A stretch of 63,469 bases of DNA, the filler included, from Phoronis australis (lineage: Eukaryota; Animalia; Phoronida), in the NCBI GenBank assembly GCA_002633005.1. It is 9 parts of 9 records of this genome, joined end to end, with 100 filler letters (N's around TTAATTAATTAA, not from the genome) between each part and the next. Parts side by side here need not be neighbours in the genome. Positions count along the whole stretch, not along the records: positions 44,059 to 53,131 come from NMRA01001850.1; positions 53,232 to 55,741 come from NMRA01003641.1; positions 55,842 to 62,098 come from NMRA01002189.1; 6 more parts are not named here. One strand, written 5' to 3'. Both the position numbers and the translations under genes were made by a program. Shown piece after piece: positions 48,597-62,198 of the stretch; position 1 is the stretch's first letter, and every line of letters begins with the position of its first letter. The notes under the pieces are model-generated. The model ran no database searches. It had not been told where the DNA came from and saw only the letters and a list, made by a program, of their open reading frames with translations.

Positions 48597-49192
48597 TCAC
48601 AAAAGTTTTTCTATTTGGTCTATGTCCTCTTGGTCCAGCTTAAACATCCATTTAGTCTCGCCTGTTGGACTTGGTTCTTTAACTTTTGTAATGATGCTGG
48701 ACTGTGGAACCCATATGACATCGTGATTTGGCCACTGCAACAGCTGTTTTTTATGCTCCATGAAGTGTATTTCAGCTTCCATGTTGTCGCTATCAAGTTG
48801 CAGTATCTTACCTACATACCAACTGCCTTCAAATAGTGCAGCAACAAATTCTCCCTCGTAAGCAACATGATCAATGCGGCTTCGTTTCGAATTCACAGAC
48901 TTCTCCCTGTGACTTTTTGCTGTCGCTCCTGAAGCGTTTTCCATTAGTTGTGTTTTCCACTCAGTGCTAGGTTCGATTCCGGTAATACAATCCGCACAGT
49001 AACAACTAACATCATTGAAGGCAACCAAAGAACCACGGCCAACCACTGTATGGACCTTGATTGTACCCTTGAGAGGAACAACACGTCTATCCCTCAGTAC
49101 AATGTCTGCCCTATAACAGTCGTCAGAAGAAACAAACAAGAATGTCACACTCTTCATGCTGGAATTTACAGCCCATTTGTAAAAATCAGAAA
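48597..49192 (-). CDS. C-terminal part of a probable DNA-transposon protein (Sola-like) with SCxCxxC and Tudor-like domain
   Basis: Open for ~198 codons from the N at 49193; DFYKWA...LKGTIKVH...SCYCADC, then GEFVAALFEGSWYVGKILQLD...HFM...WP..DVIWV. Confidence 0.6.
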
Positions 49193-49563
49193 NAGCGCTT
49201 AAAGTAAAACATCTATGATTCGTAGCATTAACCACACTTTTAATCGAGTTAACAATTATTCACTCATTGGTGTTCATAATGCACCGGAAGAGGTCAATTA
49301 GTGGAAAGGTCATCAAAATATTAACATGTAATTTCTCCTACAATTTTAAAGAATTCCTTTTCATATTGGTAAACGGGTTGCTGTCAGTAACTTCCCAAAA
49401 CAATTCCAGTAATACGCACGCGCAGAGTCCTTTATTGTCACGCCATGACAATAATCTTTCTAGTTTCAACGTTCTTCTTACTGCTACTTGTTATCATAGA
49501 AATAACCAGTGGGAATACATACAAAGAAATTCATGAAAAAACCATGCCAATATTCTAATAAAC

Positions 49564-49789
49564 TTATTTGAAAAACCTTATACCTTCAACTACTAATGAT
49601 GAAGCACTGATTGTCAGGAGCTCCTCATCTACTCTGACAATAACACATCTTTGAAAAACATCAATGATGCATGCCTTGCCTACTCTTACGTCCTGTTCAC
49701 TGTCCTCTCTAAACTGCACCAGATCATTTTTGACCAGTTCTTTCAGGTCTGACATCTGCTTGACAGTTGCACCTTTCACTTTTTTCTGC
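49564..49789 (-). CDS. Possible terminal exon of an unidentified gene
   Basis: Acceptor tattctag| followed by an open frame QKKVKGATVKQMSDLKELVKND...VEGIRFFK and a stop; no family recognised. Confidence 0.3.
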
Positions 49790-52453
49790 CTAGAATAACA
49801 CAGTCAAACAATACTCAGTGGTAACAGACACGTAGCTTTCACAAACATAAAAAAATGAATGACAAGATACTGCACTGATTAAGACAGCCCAAAAAAATTT
49901 GGCCATTCTGTGGGAACTAAATTATTTATGATAGTAAAAAGTATTATTACATTAGAGTGTGACGCATCGTAATTGCAGTTGGAAATAACATAATATGGCA
50001 ACACAACAGCAAACCACAAACAAAGACTTTTGTTTTAATCAATGAATACCCATGCTGCGAAAATAGCATGTTTTCCCTTGGTCATATCTGAAAGCGACCT
50101 GCAGAGTCCTGTGCTACTCCTATATCCGTCAGTAGATCTACTTCCTATCATGGCGATTCTCCAGAAAGGAAACCCTATCATCATCTCAATGTGGGTTAGC
50201 CTCGATTCATTCAATCATCACACTGGGCAGGTTTACGAGGCGAAGAAAGTATCCACCCTACCTCACCTTTATAATTTTTGTAACAAGTAAAATGGAATAA
50301 ATTTGCATTGCCCCTCCCTTGTAGTTCACATTTTTTATGTAACAATGGACGTTTGCTGAGAGAAATAAGTAAAATATGGAAAATTGCTAGTAAACACTTA
50401 TGACCCAAAGTGTGTAGTGCGAAGGTGGAGGCATAACTGAGGGAGCTCAAGAATAGGGAATTTAACAACTGCTCCGTCGACCAAAAGTTAACGTTTGATG
50501 AAGAACAGGATAGGTAGTAAACATTTCATTAGGTTATTGTTTACAATTCGACTCTATTAACGTACATACTTAATGCTACTATTTATTGAATCCTCTGGTC
50601 ATGGTGATTTCAAAAATTTATTACTTGTACAGATTGGTTGATCTTTATTCATAATTTCTGAGTTTTCCAGCCATTTTAAACTGCGAAACTTTTCGGCAGG
50701 ATTAACTAATGGTTAACCTTAAGGGAAGTTGGTTCGATGCAGAATGTGTTTTTGTGTAAGCATACTACCAATGATCTTAGTTATATTATTAACCAGTTCC
50801 ATTCGTTTGAAACAGTTTTTGACTTTGAGACGACACATGTCCGCCATAACACAAGGCGAAATCATATCTGCGAGATTTCAAGTCTTTTCGAGGACGACTT
50901 TTGTCCGTGAGAACATGCAATCTCGTGTTTTTTTCTGAAGAAGAAGCTTTGAAGAGGCAATCCTTCATAAATGACTATTATTTTTTTACTCAGTTTCCTT
51001 AATGTGTCGCGTGATATCTTTCAACATACTACCAATTTTGGGATCTTCTGACACACGCGTGATCACTGCAGTTATCATTCCTGCCGATAGGTGTCACAGT
51101 TTTATAGTGGCGGTCACTTGAGATCGGCTGCCGCAAATGAACACCTCGTAAAAACAGTAAGTACATGAATAAGAAGAGTCTAATTGGTATAAGTAGTACC
51201 GGCATTGGAATCACAGTGAGCACAATGGCGAGAGTAATCAGAATATATTAATGTCAAGTATTATGTTGAGTTGGATTGTAAACAGAAACGGTTAATTAAT
51301 ATGGATAAGCAGGATTACCATGTTTGTAAGATCAATCAATAAGAGCATAAATGGCATAGGCCAACTCAACATTTAGGTACACGGTACACCATCCGAAAAA
51401 TTCTGGATCAGTCACTGGCATTGAAAACCCCAGAATACCAATTCAATCCAACAACATCTGACTTGTTACAGTAAATCTACTTCTCAAAGAACAAAAACAA
51501 CATGGAAGGCACCATGGCTGCTTCGTTAACACATTTATTTTTCCTCAAAGAAACATTGTTTCTCTGGCTTTAGATGTACTAAAACAGTAGTCTGTAAGTT
51601 GATGAACGAACAACTCTACAAGTTAACGGCATATTTTATTTATACAGCAACCGCATCAAGCGAGTAGAGACCTAAGTGACGATAAAAATACTTACGTTTT
51701 TCTCCACCTGGTCCCCAACACGACACACTCTTGATTGGGCTCAGCCTTTCGCGAATGTCACTCTGCTTGACAACCTGATCAATCAACCTCAGACAGCCAT
51801 CCGAGAAAACTGACGTGAATCCCATCGTCATTTATTTCCCTCACAGTTGCCTCCGCCCAATGTCCATTTTCGTCGATTGCCTGTACTTTTTGTCTTACTT
51901 TCATTTTGAAACGGCTACTTTTTAGTTGAGGGCAGAAATAAAACTACACAGCCATCCTCACGTGTTGGACCGAACTCACTACTCACCACCATGCGCGAGT
52001 TGGGTCCTGATAGACATGTTCACCAAAATGAAATTGCTGTTTTACTGCTAAAATATAGCGTACTATACTTTTTTTACTTGTATTTCGATAATTCAACATA
52101 AAAATTGTTTTAAAATGGCAATTATAAGTCTTCCTTTGTTGACTGAAACCGCGTTACCGCATAGTAATCTTTTGTGACGATTCTCCAGTGTGCAGGGCTA
52201 GCCTGAACTGAAGTGAAATATTTTGGCCAAAACTTCATAGATTTTTGTGGGAGAAAAACGCTTGTTTTCAGAATTTAACGAGGAATTTGTTGATGAATCT
52301 TTTACATGTCATTGAAAAGGCGAAAGTATAAACACACGAGTCATATTTCTTTAAGCAGCCCTTATCACCAAACCATTGGCTTCACGGGCAATAAAATGTA
52401 ATCGACCGAATAGATCCGTCGACAACAGATCTACCCTGTGGCCGCTTGATCCC

Positions 52454-52495
52454 AGACCGTCCCGAGTTGCTCCAGGAGCCAACTCAGGACGGTCT
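52454..52495. repeat. Short near-perfect hairpin (MITE remnant)
   Basis: AGACCGTCCCGAGTTG / CAACTCAGGACGGTCT (1 mismatch) with inner CTCC-A-GGAG. Confidence 0.65.
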
Positions 52496-53060
52496 CTCAT
52501 GAGGTTTTAGCGTTATGTACACTGCGCACAATAAACAGTGTCGTTAATAAAATATTAGGTAGTTGTGTCACACTCATTTTGCCTCACTCTCGTTTACTTC
52601 ATCACGAAGCATGTTGGTGACGGCCTCTGGGAGGCTGAGCTGCATCTGTGAAACCGCAGGTTGACGAGGCATGAGCGGCAGCAGCCATGTTTCTTTTGGT
52701 TGAAATCTTTCACACTTAGCTAAAAAGGATATCCAGCACTCTCTTTTGCCTGAGCTAAAAGTGGTTCCCAAGATGGCAGGGCTTTTTTATCCTCTCAAGT
52801 GGAACCCTCTCAAGGCTTCGCTTGACTAGGTCAAGCTTCCCATTTGGAACACTAGTCAGTGTGGTCTGTTCAAGTGTAGTCGCCTTAGTGCTACACAAAG
52901 TCTTGTACAGGCATCGCACTTCAGTGCCGTGTCTCCGGAAGATAAAATGAAGTACGTGGCTTGCTGTGTTGTTTTGCTGAGTTCACATGGGGTTCAAGAC
53001 AGTCCCTGACATTGTAGATGCCAGATACAACCTCACTTTCCGGACGCAACAGGGAGACCA

Positions 53061-53131
53061 GGGCCCGGTCTCCAATCTCCGTACTCAGACTCGAATCATG
53101 CTCAAACTCACACTTCATACTCAACTCGAGT
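53061..53131. mobile_element. Terminus of the GGGCCCGGTCTCCAAT element, cut by the gap
   Basis: 71-bp exact reverse complement of 33729-33799. Confidence 0.75.
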
Positions 53132-53231
53132 NNNNNNNNNNNNNNNNNNNNNNNNNNNNNNNNNNNNNNNNNNNNTTAATTAATTAANNNNNNNNNNNNN
53201 NNNNNNNNNNNNNNNNNNNNNNNNNNNNNNN
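53132..53231. other. Artificial contig spacer
   Basis: N-run, TTAATTAATTAA, N-run. Confidence 0.97.
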
Positions 53232-53660
53232 GATGAGGATGATAATCAAACTGTAAAACCCAAGCAGCTCATTCACATCCGCAGAGTATATAAAATGTTG
53301 ACTTGAGCGGAAGTAATGGGAGTAATTACGAACAACACAACTCAAATAATTAAAAATTTTGTCTCACGCCAGCTAATCAACAGTCCAGTAGGAACATTTA
53401 TCAGCACAGTCCAACTTTATGTTAATTAGCAGTTGCCGAGATACAAGTGGTTATTGGTTGAACTATGCCAAGTTGTATAGGCGACAACCAATCATAGCCT
53501 TTGTGATCCTCCACTGCGTTTCTTATGGAAAATCATCACAGCGTTTCTAGTTTTCCACTCATATCTTAGCTTACATACAGCAGATGTCTGCTGAAAACAA
53601 GAACATAATGGGTTCATTCACGGCTACATGCTGAACAACAGCACAAGTCAAGAAGAATAC

Positions 53661-53776
53661 CTCTCCATGGCCAGGTTCATGTCAAAGGTCACCATGGTCC
53701 CGGTGTCGACGAGGAACACATACAACATGGCTGCTACCTGGCGAGTCTCGCTCTTTTTCACGACACCAATATCATA
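53661..53776 (-). CDS. Putative internal exon of an unidentified gene
   Basis: Acceptor tttttcag|, donor AG|gtattc; open frame YDIGVVKKSETRQVAAMLYVFLVDTGTMVTFDMNLAME; GC higher than flanks. Confidence 0.35.
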
Positions 53777-55133
53777 CTGAAAAAGATGACGCAAGAGTTA
53801 AAAACTGCTGATATGGAGGTTACATAATCCCACACGAGAAAATTATACGGGGACACATGTCCTTGTAAGGCTGCTTGTGAAAACACGCTATTGTGTCATA
53901 CCATTCATTGTGGAACACAAATGGTAGTGTAGGACTTCACTACACAGTAGCAATGCTGTTGTACAGTAAACACAAGGTCCAATTTTAGTTTTGCTTTCCA
54001 TTTCTAAGAAAAATTGCAAAGTTCAAGAGACTGGTTCAAAATTAAGTTAAGGGTTAAATATGTCACAAAATTTTAACAATTAAACAGATTAAAAGTGTGA
54101 TAAATAACATACACATATTTTCATTGGTGGCAAAGTATTCAATAACAATTAAGGAATTACTTTCAAGATTATTTCTTATCAGTCAAATACACAAATTAGA
54201 TGGGGGATTTCCAAAATGCTACATGACTGTGAGCCCTGTTTGTAAATTTGAGGAGGATTCTAGGGTGTGCAAGCCATGCTTTGTGCATCTAGCACTGGGT
54301 TTGGTGGTCGGTGGACCATGTTTTGTGCATCTGGCACCCGGTGTGGTGGTTGGTACATCATGTTATGTGATTTGGTGTTCAACTGAGCTTATTGGACTCA
54401 TGAGCCATGTTTACTACTGAAAAGTGTGACGGCCATGTTGTTCCAGTAACCTGAACTCCCAATATAGACTGCAAATAGTGATTTCTGGCAGACAGCGGCA
54501 CAACCTAATCAATGTTACACACTGGAACATTTTCTGTAAATTACTTTGAAGCCTGGCTAAAATGTCAAAGTCAGGTTACTACATATACCTTTTCCAAATA
54601 ATACTTTATTCCATCAACGAAATTGAAGACTGAACTCCATTACACTAAATGTGGTCAAGGTCAAACGAAAACTTAAAGAGGATAATATGAGGTCAACCGT
54701 TACCAGCCACGCTCAGAGGCGGCAGCATAGACAGATAATATTCTACTAGTTTAGCAGACGTCTGTCTCAGTTGCTCTCATATGGAAGTGTACAAGTTCCT
54801 GAGCAACACCAACAGGCGGTTATCTAAGTAGTTAGTTTAGTTCCTTGTTGGGTGAGTTGCAGACCAACGTCACTACCAAGCAACAGACAAAGGGCAGGCA
54901 GTATAAGGATATTGTTGGTGATGAGATAAAACTTTTTATCGTGCCATGACTAAATATCCTCACATAGATCAGCTTTATCAACTGCTGTAGATGTGATAAT
55001 GATTACCAATACTAATGCAGTGCACAACAGTCACCCAATAATATCTCACTAATTCGTTCAGAAAATGATAACTTGCATCACCAAAAGTGCACGGCTCAAT
55101 GGATATTTAGGTTAAACCTAACGCAGCACTTAC

Positions 55134-55224
55134 CTACATAAACGGCTAGCCACACAGTCAGGCTTGAAGAAACAGGGCCATATGAACTCTTGTTTCGCCT
55201 TCTCTTGCTGCTTGTCTTTGATGC
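55134..55224 (-). CDS. Putative exon of an unidentified gene
   Basis: Acceptor cgtag| and strong donor AG|gtaagt; 91 bp with two open frames; a further donor lies at ~55386 and ETS-like CCGGAAGT at ~55472. Confidence 0.3.
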
Positions 55225-55741
55225 CTACGTGCTTTGACTGGTTCTTAACCAAACATGTCGAATTAACTCAGCCAAGATAAACAACACAATGGCTGCAAAG
55301 AAAAAATAAGTTTCAAATCACGCATCAACATAGTCGTGTGACAAGAAATGCACATGGTCACTACTAAAAATGATGTCGAAGCTTACCTTATTTTCATCAT
55401 GCACACATTTAGTTCATGACGTGTATTTTTAACAGATATTTAGAGATGACAAAACAAATTTGTAACCTGACCCGGAAGTAATTCCAAATGAGTGCGCAAA
55501 GAAAGTGCGCGTTTGAAGAAAAGGACATCTAGTGGCGTCAGGCGAAACTACTGTTCAGATGGTGGGTACAGTCAGGGGATGTCCCGGGTAGGCGTACTCC
55601 TTAATTCCTACGCAGAAGAGGTCAGAACAATTCTTAAGCATTCGAGGGGTGTGAAATTTTCATGGAAACTATGTTGCCTGTTTTATACATATAAACCGGC
55701 GTAAAGTAAATCATCTTATATGTTGTATCTTGCAATTGTCC

Positions 55742-55841
55742 NNNNNNNNNNNNNNNNNNNNNNNNNNNNNNNNNNNNNNNNNNNNTTAATTAATTAANNN
55801 NNNNNNNNNNNNNNNNNNNNNNNNNNNNNNNNNNNNNNNNN
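55742..55841. other. Artificial contig spacer
   Basis: N-run, TTAATTAATTAA, N-run. Confidence 0.97.
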
Positions 55842-58071
55842 TATGTCCTGGAGCTAATGATTCAGGGAGGTGAAGTCCTATAACATTAAAAATGATCTTG
55901 ATAGTCCATCATTACCTAACACAATAACAGTAAGTTATATTTGCTTATAATTAACGTTACTTACAATTCAGACAAAACACATTATTGTGATATCACGTCT
56001 GTGGCAACTTATTTCACGATTCAGCACACTCCCTTGCGATGCAGATATTGGATATTGATTTGATGATTGTCACCTGTATTATATGGTAGTATCCACTCTC
56101 CCGTAAAAGTGACAACTAAGACTAGTTTTATAAAAATATTAAAGAGTTTTTTGACTGAAGTTTTCATTTCTCATACTGAAAGAAGTTAAGTGTGAGTAAT
56201 GGTTTTGCCATTGAGCTGCAAAGGTCAGAGCTGTGTACCTCAAGGCTAGTATTGGATGAGTCACATGCTATCACGGTAGATTGCAAACAAAGCACGGGAT
56301 CTCATTAGCTTTTTAGTGGTAGGAATTTGACGAAACGTCCTGTTTTGGTCCGGGGGAGTGGCTATCCTATTAGCGAGGTGGTGGGATCCACAATTATAGA
56401 TCTGCTATATAACAGACTTCAGAACCCCAGCACCATCATGGCCTCCAGTGCCGGGATTACCAAACTTAATGGTCAGGACCTCCACTGAAAACGGGGACAC
56501 AATCCTCCAACAGCATGATCCCTCAAGTTTAACTAAGTTGTGCATTACAGAACGTTTTGAAACCAGTATAAAAACGCTGGTGTTGGCTGGTCTGTAGGTT
56601 TTATTGGTTGACTGGGCTAAGTTTGTCCCAATTTTTCTGCAAAAATGAAGATTAAGAAATTGGTTCGTCAAGGATTTCAGCATGTCCATGACCAATAGTA
56701 GTGCAGTATGCTCCTATGGCGAGATGGTTCTGTGATGAAGCTTTTGTGTCTTTTGTTACTTCTAAGTTTTTTATTCTAGACAGGTCATACTAACTGTGAT
56801 GTCTAGATTGGAGCCATTCGGACGCCATAGACACCCTCTAGACGAGGGCCTGTTAAAAAAACGTTAGTCTTCTCTGTCATTAACTTGGTTTGAGTTTGAA
56901 CTGGGTAGATGTCATAAAGCAATGTTTGGTGAAGCTCCCATTGCAGCAAAGTTAACACGCTGTCAGCTTTTGATGAGTTGAAATATGTTGATTTTAACAA
57001 AAAAATTTGCGAAATAAGAGGGGAAGTACTGAACACATTTCAACTTGTTCTTGGAAAAGAAAGATGTATCGCAGTATAACATTGAGCCATTATGTTTTTG
57101 TCTATGCTAATTAGAAACGAACAATGACCGGTTATATGTAGCACCTGAACCCCTAGCCTCAAGCCTTGTCTGTTCCGACCTTCTTTTATGTGTCACTATA
57201 CTGCTATCATGCTCGACTCTTCAACTCGACTTGCTGAAACCTGTCTTTCGTCTTTTCTTAAAAGTCGACGGCGGGAAGAAATCCGGGCAGCTGTGAACGC
57301 CTTTGCTGGACCAGTTGAGCCTGTGTGATGTTGACAACAATGAGATAATAATAATAAATTATGTTAACTGATTCAAGTGACGTTTTTTGTTTTGTTTGTA
57401 GAGCTGCAACTGCTTTACTGTTTTGTTGAAACAGTTGAGACTTGGAGGGAATTTGTGTCAATGTTTAATTTCCAGGCCGTGCAAACACGCTTGCATTTTC
57501 CACACGTTTTACAGGGTTCAGTTGAAGGGAGTGTTGGTCGAAATTGGTTAATGTTAAAAACTAGTCCAAATTCTGCAATTAAAGCCCCACACAGTGCCCT
57601 CGTTGAAAGCCATTGTTTTGGATTGTATTTTGTGGTAGAATCCTTTGTTTTTTAATTACGGCGAGTTAGTTTTCCTAATGGCTCGGAGTAAAGTTATTGA
57701 TAGATTGGAGGTCTTTAATTCCTGCAATACAAAGATTCACCACCGCCAACTAATTTCCAGTTTGAAGTTTGTTATTTTGGCTTGACCTAATTAGTGTTAC
57801 GTGAGACTTTAGTGCGAGATTGCATTTGATCTGCATGTTCAAGTAGATTTCATGAGCAGTATTTGTCCTGTTAAGACCAGGGGCACGGTAGGACTTTTCA
57901 TCGCCAGCAATATCGCCTACACAAAATGGTATCATGTGGGTTGGTTGTAATAAAAATTAATTGCATGTGCTGATTCAATGACGTAGTTTATCGCTGATTA
58001 AAAATTGCTAGGCCTTCCGTGTGCGCTAGTCCTTGAACTGTCTCAGACTTGTTTGTAAGAAACTGGCTTAA

Positions 58072-58579
58072 GGTTATTTCAAACCTTATTTAGTGGCCTC
58101 TGTTCTAACTCGTATATCAAAAAAACTAAGCTTTGTCAACTAGTAAAAGTATATATTTTCTGAAAGAGCAAAGATCAGGAAATATAAATATACTTTTTGT
58201 ATTTATTTGTCATTATTATTTTTACGTAAAAACCTTTTTTAAGTAAAAATTCCATTTTTAAGAAAGGTACATTCATAGCAAAATAACCCCTCCGTCGATT
58301 TTAACGAAACCTTTTTTAAATGAAAACTTCATCAATTACCTCAAAAACGCTGTTAGGAATTTTCGATTAGTTTGTTTGTTTGGTTTCTATGACAAATAAA
58401 CTCGCAAAACGTAAGGTGTTTTTGTAAAAAATTGAAGTCGTATTCGTTTTTGCCACATTACACAAAAACTAAGCTTTTATATCAAAAATCCTAACAGCGT
58501 TTTTGAGATTGGTGACTAAATATTAAGTCTGGAAAGTTTCAGCGAAATCCATCGAGCCATTTTCGAGAACTCGTGTTCN
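58072..58579. mobile_element. TTAA-bounded AT-rich non-autonomous element (Kolobok-like), right end at an N
   Basis: TTAA|GG at 58068-58073; internal inverted repeat AAAAACGCTGTTAGGA / TCCTAACAGCGTTTTT; repeated AAAAACTAAGCTTT. Confidence 0.45.
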
Positions 58580-59986
58580 TTAAAGTAAGTCGTTAACATG
58601 AAATCGAAACATCGAAATGTTAACTTAATAATTGAATTAAGGAATAAGGGGGAGGATTTATCTCTTTTCACAACTTTCTGTGTTCATGACCAGACTGAGG
58701 CCTGAGGCAACTCGTAGCATTCGTTTTCAACGTCAACGGTCGTATGCATGTAGACGCACAACTCCCTTAGGATCAAAACTACGTTTTGTCTTTGTTTTCC
58801 CCGGCACCATTCTATCATAACCACACCTCGTTGGTTCAATGTTATGGCGAATTTGTGAATGAAAGGACTGAGGGTATACCGAAGCTGTTCTGTACCTGGC
58901 GGGAGACTCAATTTACTTGAAAGCCCTTTAACCTTTGACATTGGATAAGTGGTAAACAAATATCCACGCGGTTGTGCGGTTCCAAGGTGGTTCTGCTAAA
59001 TCTTTTTTTTCTCGCTACGCAGTATATATTTCGTATTTGAAGTTCCCCGAGAATGAAGAAAAGGTATTTTGCTAGACACAAGTGAAATATTGTAAAAATG
59101 GCCCATTTTTGTGAATAAGGTTGGAAATATCCTTAAGTTCATTTTTGACTTACGTCTGATTTGTCTCAACTTCCGAACTTTGAAACTTCCACATCCTTTA
59201 AGTTAGTCGAACTTAAGACAAAACTTAAGTCAAAAACTTCATTCAAATGATCAATTTCTTCAAACAGACTTCAGACAAGTTGAAGTTTTATTTTAAAATT
59301 GACTTGAATTTAAGATTTGTCCTGGCTTAGTCAAGTTTTCTTGGAACAGGTCCCTGAGCTGCAGGTTTTTAGCTTTTCAAAACCATACACATTATCGTTT
59401 CAACAGGAATGCGCATTTTATAAAATGTTCAAGCGGTACAGTTGATAACAAAGATTTGATTTGTAGAATATCAAACATTCGCTTAGAAACATATTGAAGT
59501 CTTGTCCCTGGGTGGTTAGGAAAATTCAACATTGAAGAGGTCGATCTAGAACTCTGATAAAACCTGGTCAATCTTGGACGATTGTTAAAATTGATCTATT
59601 TTCATTTTTCAAAACCTGGTGTTGTGATTACCCTTACAGGGATATACTTAGCCACTCGCCCAGTCGCCAATGCAAGTAAAAATGGTGCTGGGCGTGTAGA
59701 AGTTGACTTGCCGGTTGCCCAGGTGGCGAGCGAATTTTCAGAGAACAAAAGCCCTATATCATTTCCCAATTTCCCAGGTGAACATGCTCGTGCTGTTTTT
59801 ATCATGAATTTAAGGTTCGGTTTGGCCAGTGTGTCGATGCTCCGGCAGTAAAAAACATCGGCGCAGTGCGATCTTACCGATTCGTTAAGCGATTCGTCTA
59901 GACAAAAGGTCACAGTGTGTGGTCGTGCATTAAGGAATTTGTGGACTAGTCCGAAACGAAGAAAAGTGCTCACAGCAAGTGAAATA

Positions 59987-61068
59987 CCGTATTACTTGGA
60001 ACTGATTTCTTATTTTTTTGTACGTCATTTTAGCCAAAAATATTTTATAAATAATAACATTCGCTATAATAAGCGCCCATAAGCGCCCCCCACTCATTTT
60101 CAGACTTCGCTAAAATAAGTGCCCAGTCCATGAACGTGTACATATGCAAAAAATGCCTTACCTACAGTTCTAAAATTCTACAGTAATGTCTTCAATTTAT
60201 CTATAATATCCGACAGTCCTGAAAAATCATTGTGCGCGGAATTTCTAGACCGCGAGCCTCGCCACTGTGTCGGTATTTAGCGGTGGCTGTACACTTCAAA
60301 CTTCCGCAGTGCTTTAAAAAGAATGCAAAAGTTCTGCTAATCAAGATGCAAGGAAAGTATCCCACTATGGTCAGTTCTTTCAGAACAGACGCAGCGTAAT
60401 GGTCAATGGGACTGTACTGTATCTTTCCTGTACAGATCTCCCTCAACAGGAATCTAGATTACTTTGTACATGTAAAAACCACGAATCGAACTTTGACCAG
60501 CATTAATGAGCACGTGGCCAAGAAGCGTGCGCTAGGGCCTACATAATGTAGGCCTGCTACTCTGGCAAATGAACTCTGATGACACGTACGCACCTGCTCA
60601 CTCAGCGTACACCTGCAGGCTAATGTCAAAACAAACGTCATGTGACAACAATTTGTGTTCGTCCAGATTTTTCTCGTGTTGCAGGGTCTAGCGCAGATTT
60701 GGCCTTAATCTGCGGTTATTCTTGACTCCACAAAAACTTAAAAATCTTAAGGACGCTATTTGAATTCAAGTTGCCCTATCGAATATCGACAGGCAGCGTC
60801 GCATCAGTCGGCAAGTCTTCGCCCTGGGAGCATATTTTTTTTAAAAGATTGTGATTTAATAACGAAGTTTGACAGCAATACACCACAGTTTTGTAGAAAG
60901 TCTGTCATTGGTTACAGATCCGTCACAGCGCGTAAATTTGATGAATCCTAGCTTCCAATTTCACCCATTTCGGAGACCGGGTTTCAACCACCTTAGGCTA
61001 CAACAAGCGCCCCCCCTTCCGAAAAGATTTTTTCTAATCACCCTGGGCACTTATTAGGGCAAATACGG
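59987..61068. mobile_element. Tc1/pogo-type non-autonomous element with TA flanks
   Basis: TA|CCGTATT ... AATACGG|TA; subterminal AATAAG(C/T)GCCC repeats at ~60068-60125 and GGGCACTTATT near the right end. Confidence 0.5.
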
Positions 61069-62098
61069 TAGCCCAATTGATGGTGACATCAACGCACGAA
61101 ACAATGATTTTTAGTTACACTGGTAGCAAGTTTGTGAGGACAGACGCAAACGGCCGGGCGACTGAACTTCGGGCTGGGCGAGAAGATTTTCTGGCTCACT
61201 CACATAGCTGGCGAGCAGGGTTTTGAAACCTGGGTATATCTCTGCCACAGTGGCTACAGTGTGCAGTTTAAAAATGGTACTAAAGAATTGAACATAACAT
61301 AAATATGCTGTTTGTTTTTAGTCACCTGACCATCCAGAGTCTAACATTATTCAATTATCTTTTCCACGTGAACAATGTTCTTCAAAACAGAAAATTCAAA
61401 CTCAGCTGGAATTACTTGTAAAATTCATGTACGTGTCCATACGCGGGGAATTTTTGTGTTAAGTCAAGGAATAAAATGCTACATAAAGTCCAAAATGTAC
61501 TAATTTGATTAAGAAATTACTAATCTCCCAGCACTTCAAACTCGACAGAAGTAAGCCGAACTCATTGAACAAAATTCAAACTGTTACAGTGATGAGTGGA
61601 GAAAACCGACGAAAGATTTTTTGCACACCAATCACCATTCGGTATCAGTGATCAGTCTAGATTTCATAATTTCCACCTGGAATATTGTTCTAGTCTATGC
61701 AATTCGACCTCGAATCGAACTTCATCAACCTGACTGCTCAGTTATTTGTGACCTAGAAAATGCGACCAGCCTATTGTTCAGTTGTGGCACATTTTGATGA
61801 TTTGCAATTATTGTTTAGTGATCAGTTTTGACCAGAGAATTATTTTCAATTATAATTATGGCCTATGAGAGCAATTTGCCTAAAACGTGTCATGGCCTTG
61901 CTAATGGGCAAACAAATTTTTTCAGAAACAACGCATGTGTGATTGTTCAATGTATAACATCACTGCATCTGTTTGTATGGCCACAGTCGATATGAGGAAA
62001 GAAAGCATTTTATTGTGACGAAGTACTCTGGAGTTCCGAATAGTAGTAGAGACAGCAATAATAGTATAGACTGGAAAATTTCACGATTTTTAATAATA

Positions 62099-62198
62099 NN
62101 NNNNNNNNNNNNNNNNNNNNNNNNNNNNNNNNNNNNNNNNNNTTAATTAATTAANNNNNNNNNNNNNNNNNNNNNNNNNNNNNNNNNNNNNNNNNNNN
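62099..62198. other. Artificial contig spacer
   Basis: N-run, TTAATTAATTAA, N-run. Confidence 0.97.

Noticed and set aside
56400-57620. Possible decayed LINE endonuclease (YDI...TKL, YRP) on the minus strand
   Set aside because: The motifs are too fragmentary to call without a search.
3283-62198. Eight recurring TTAATTAATTAA motifs that could look like a dispersed repeat, and apparent gene neighbourhoods such as DIP2 next to COASY
   Set aside because: Each motif is centred in an exact 100-bp N spacer, so it is an artificial linker; cross-spacer synteny cannot be inferred.
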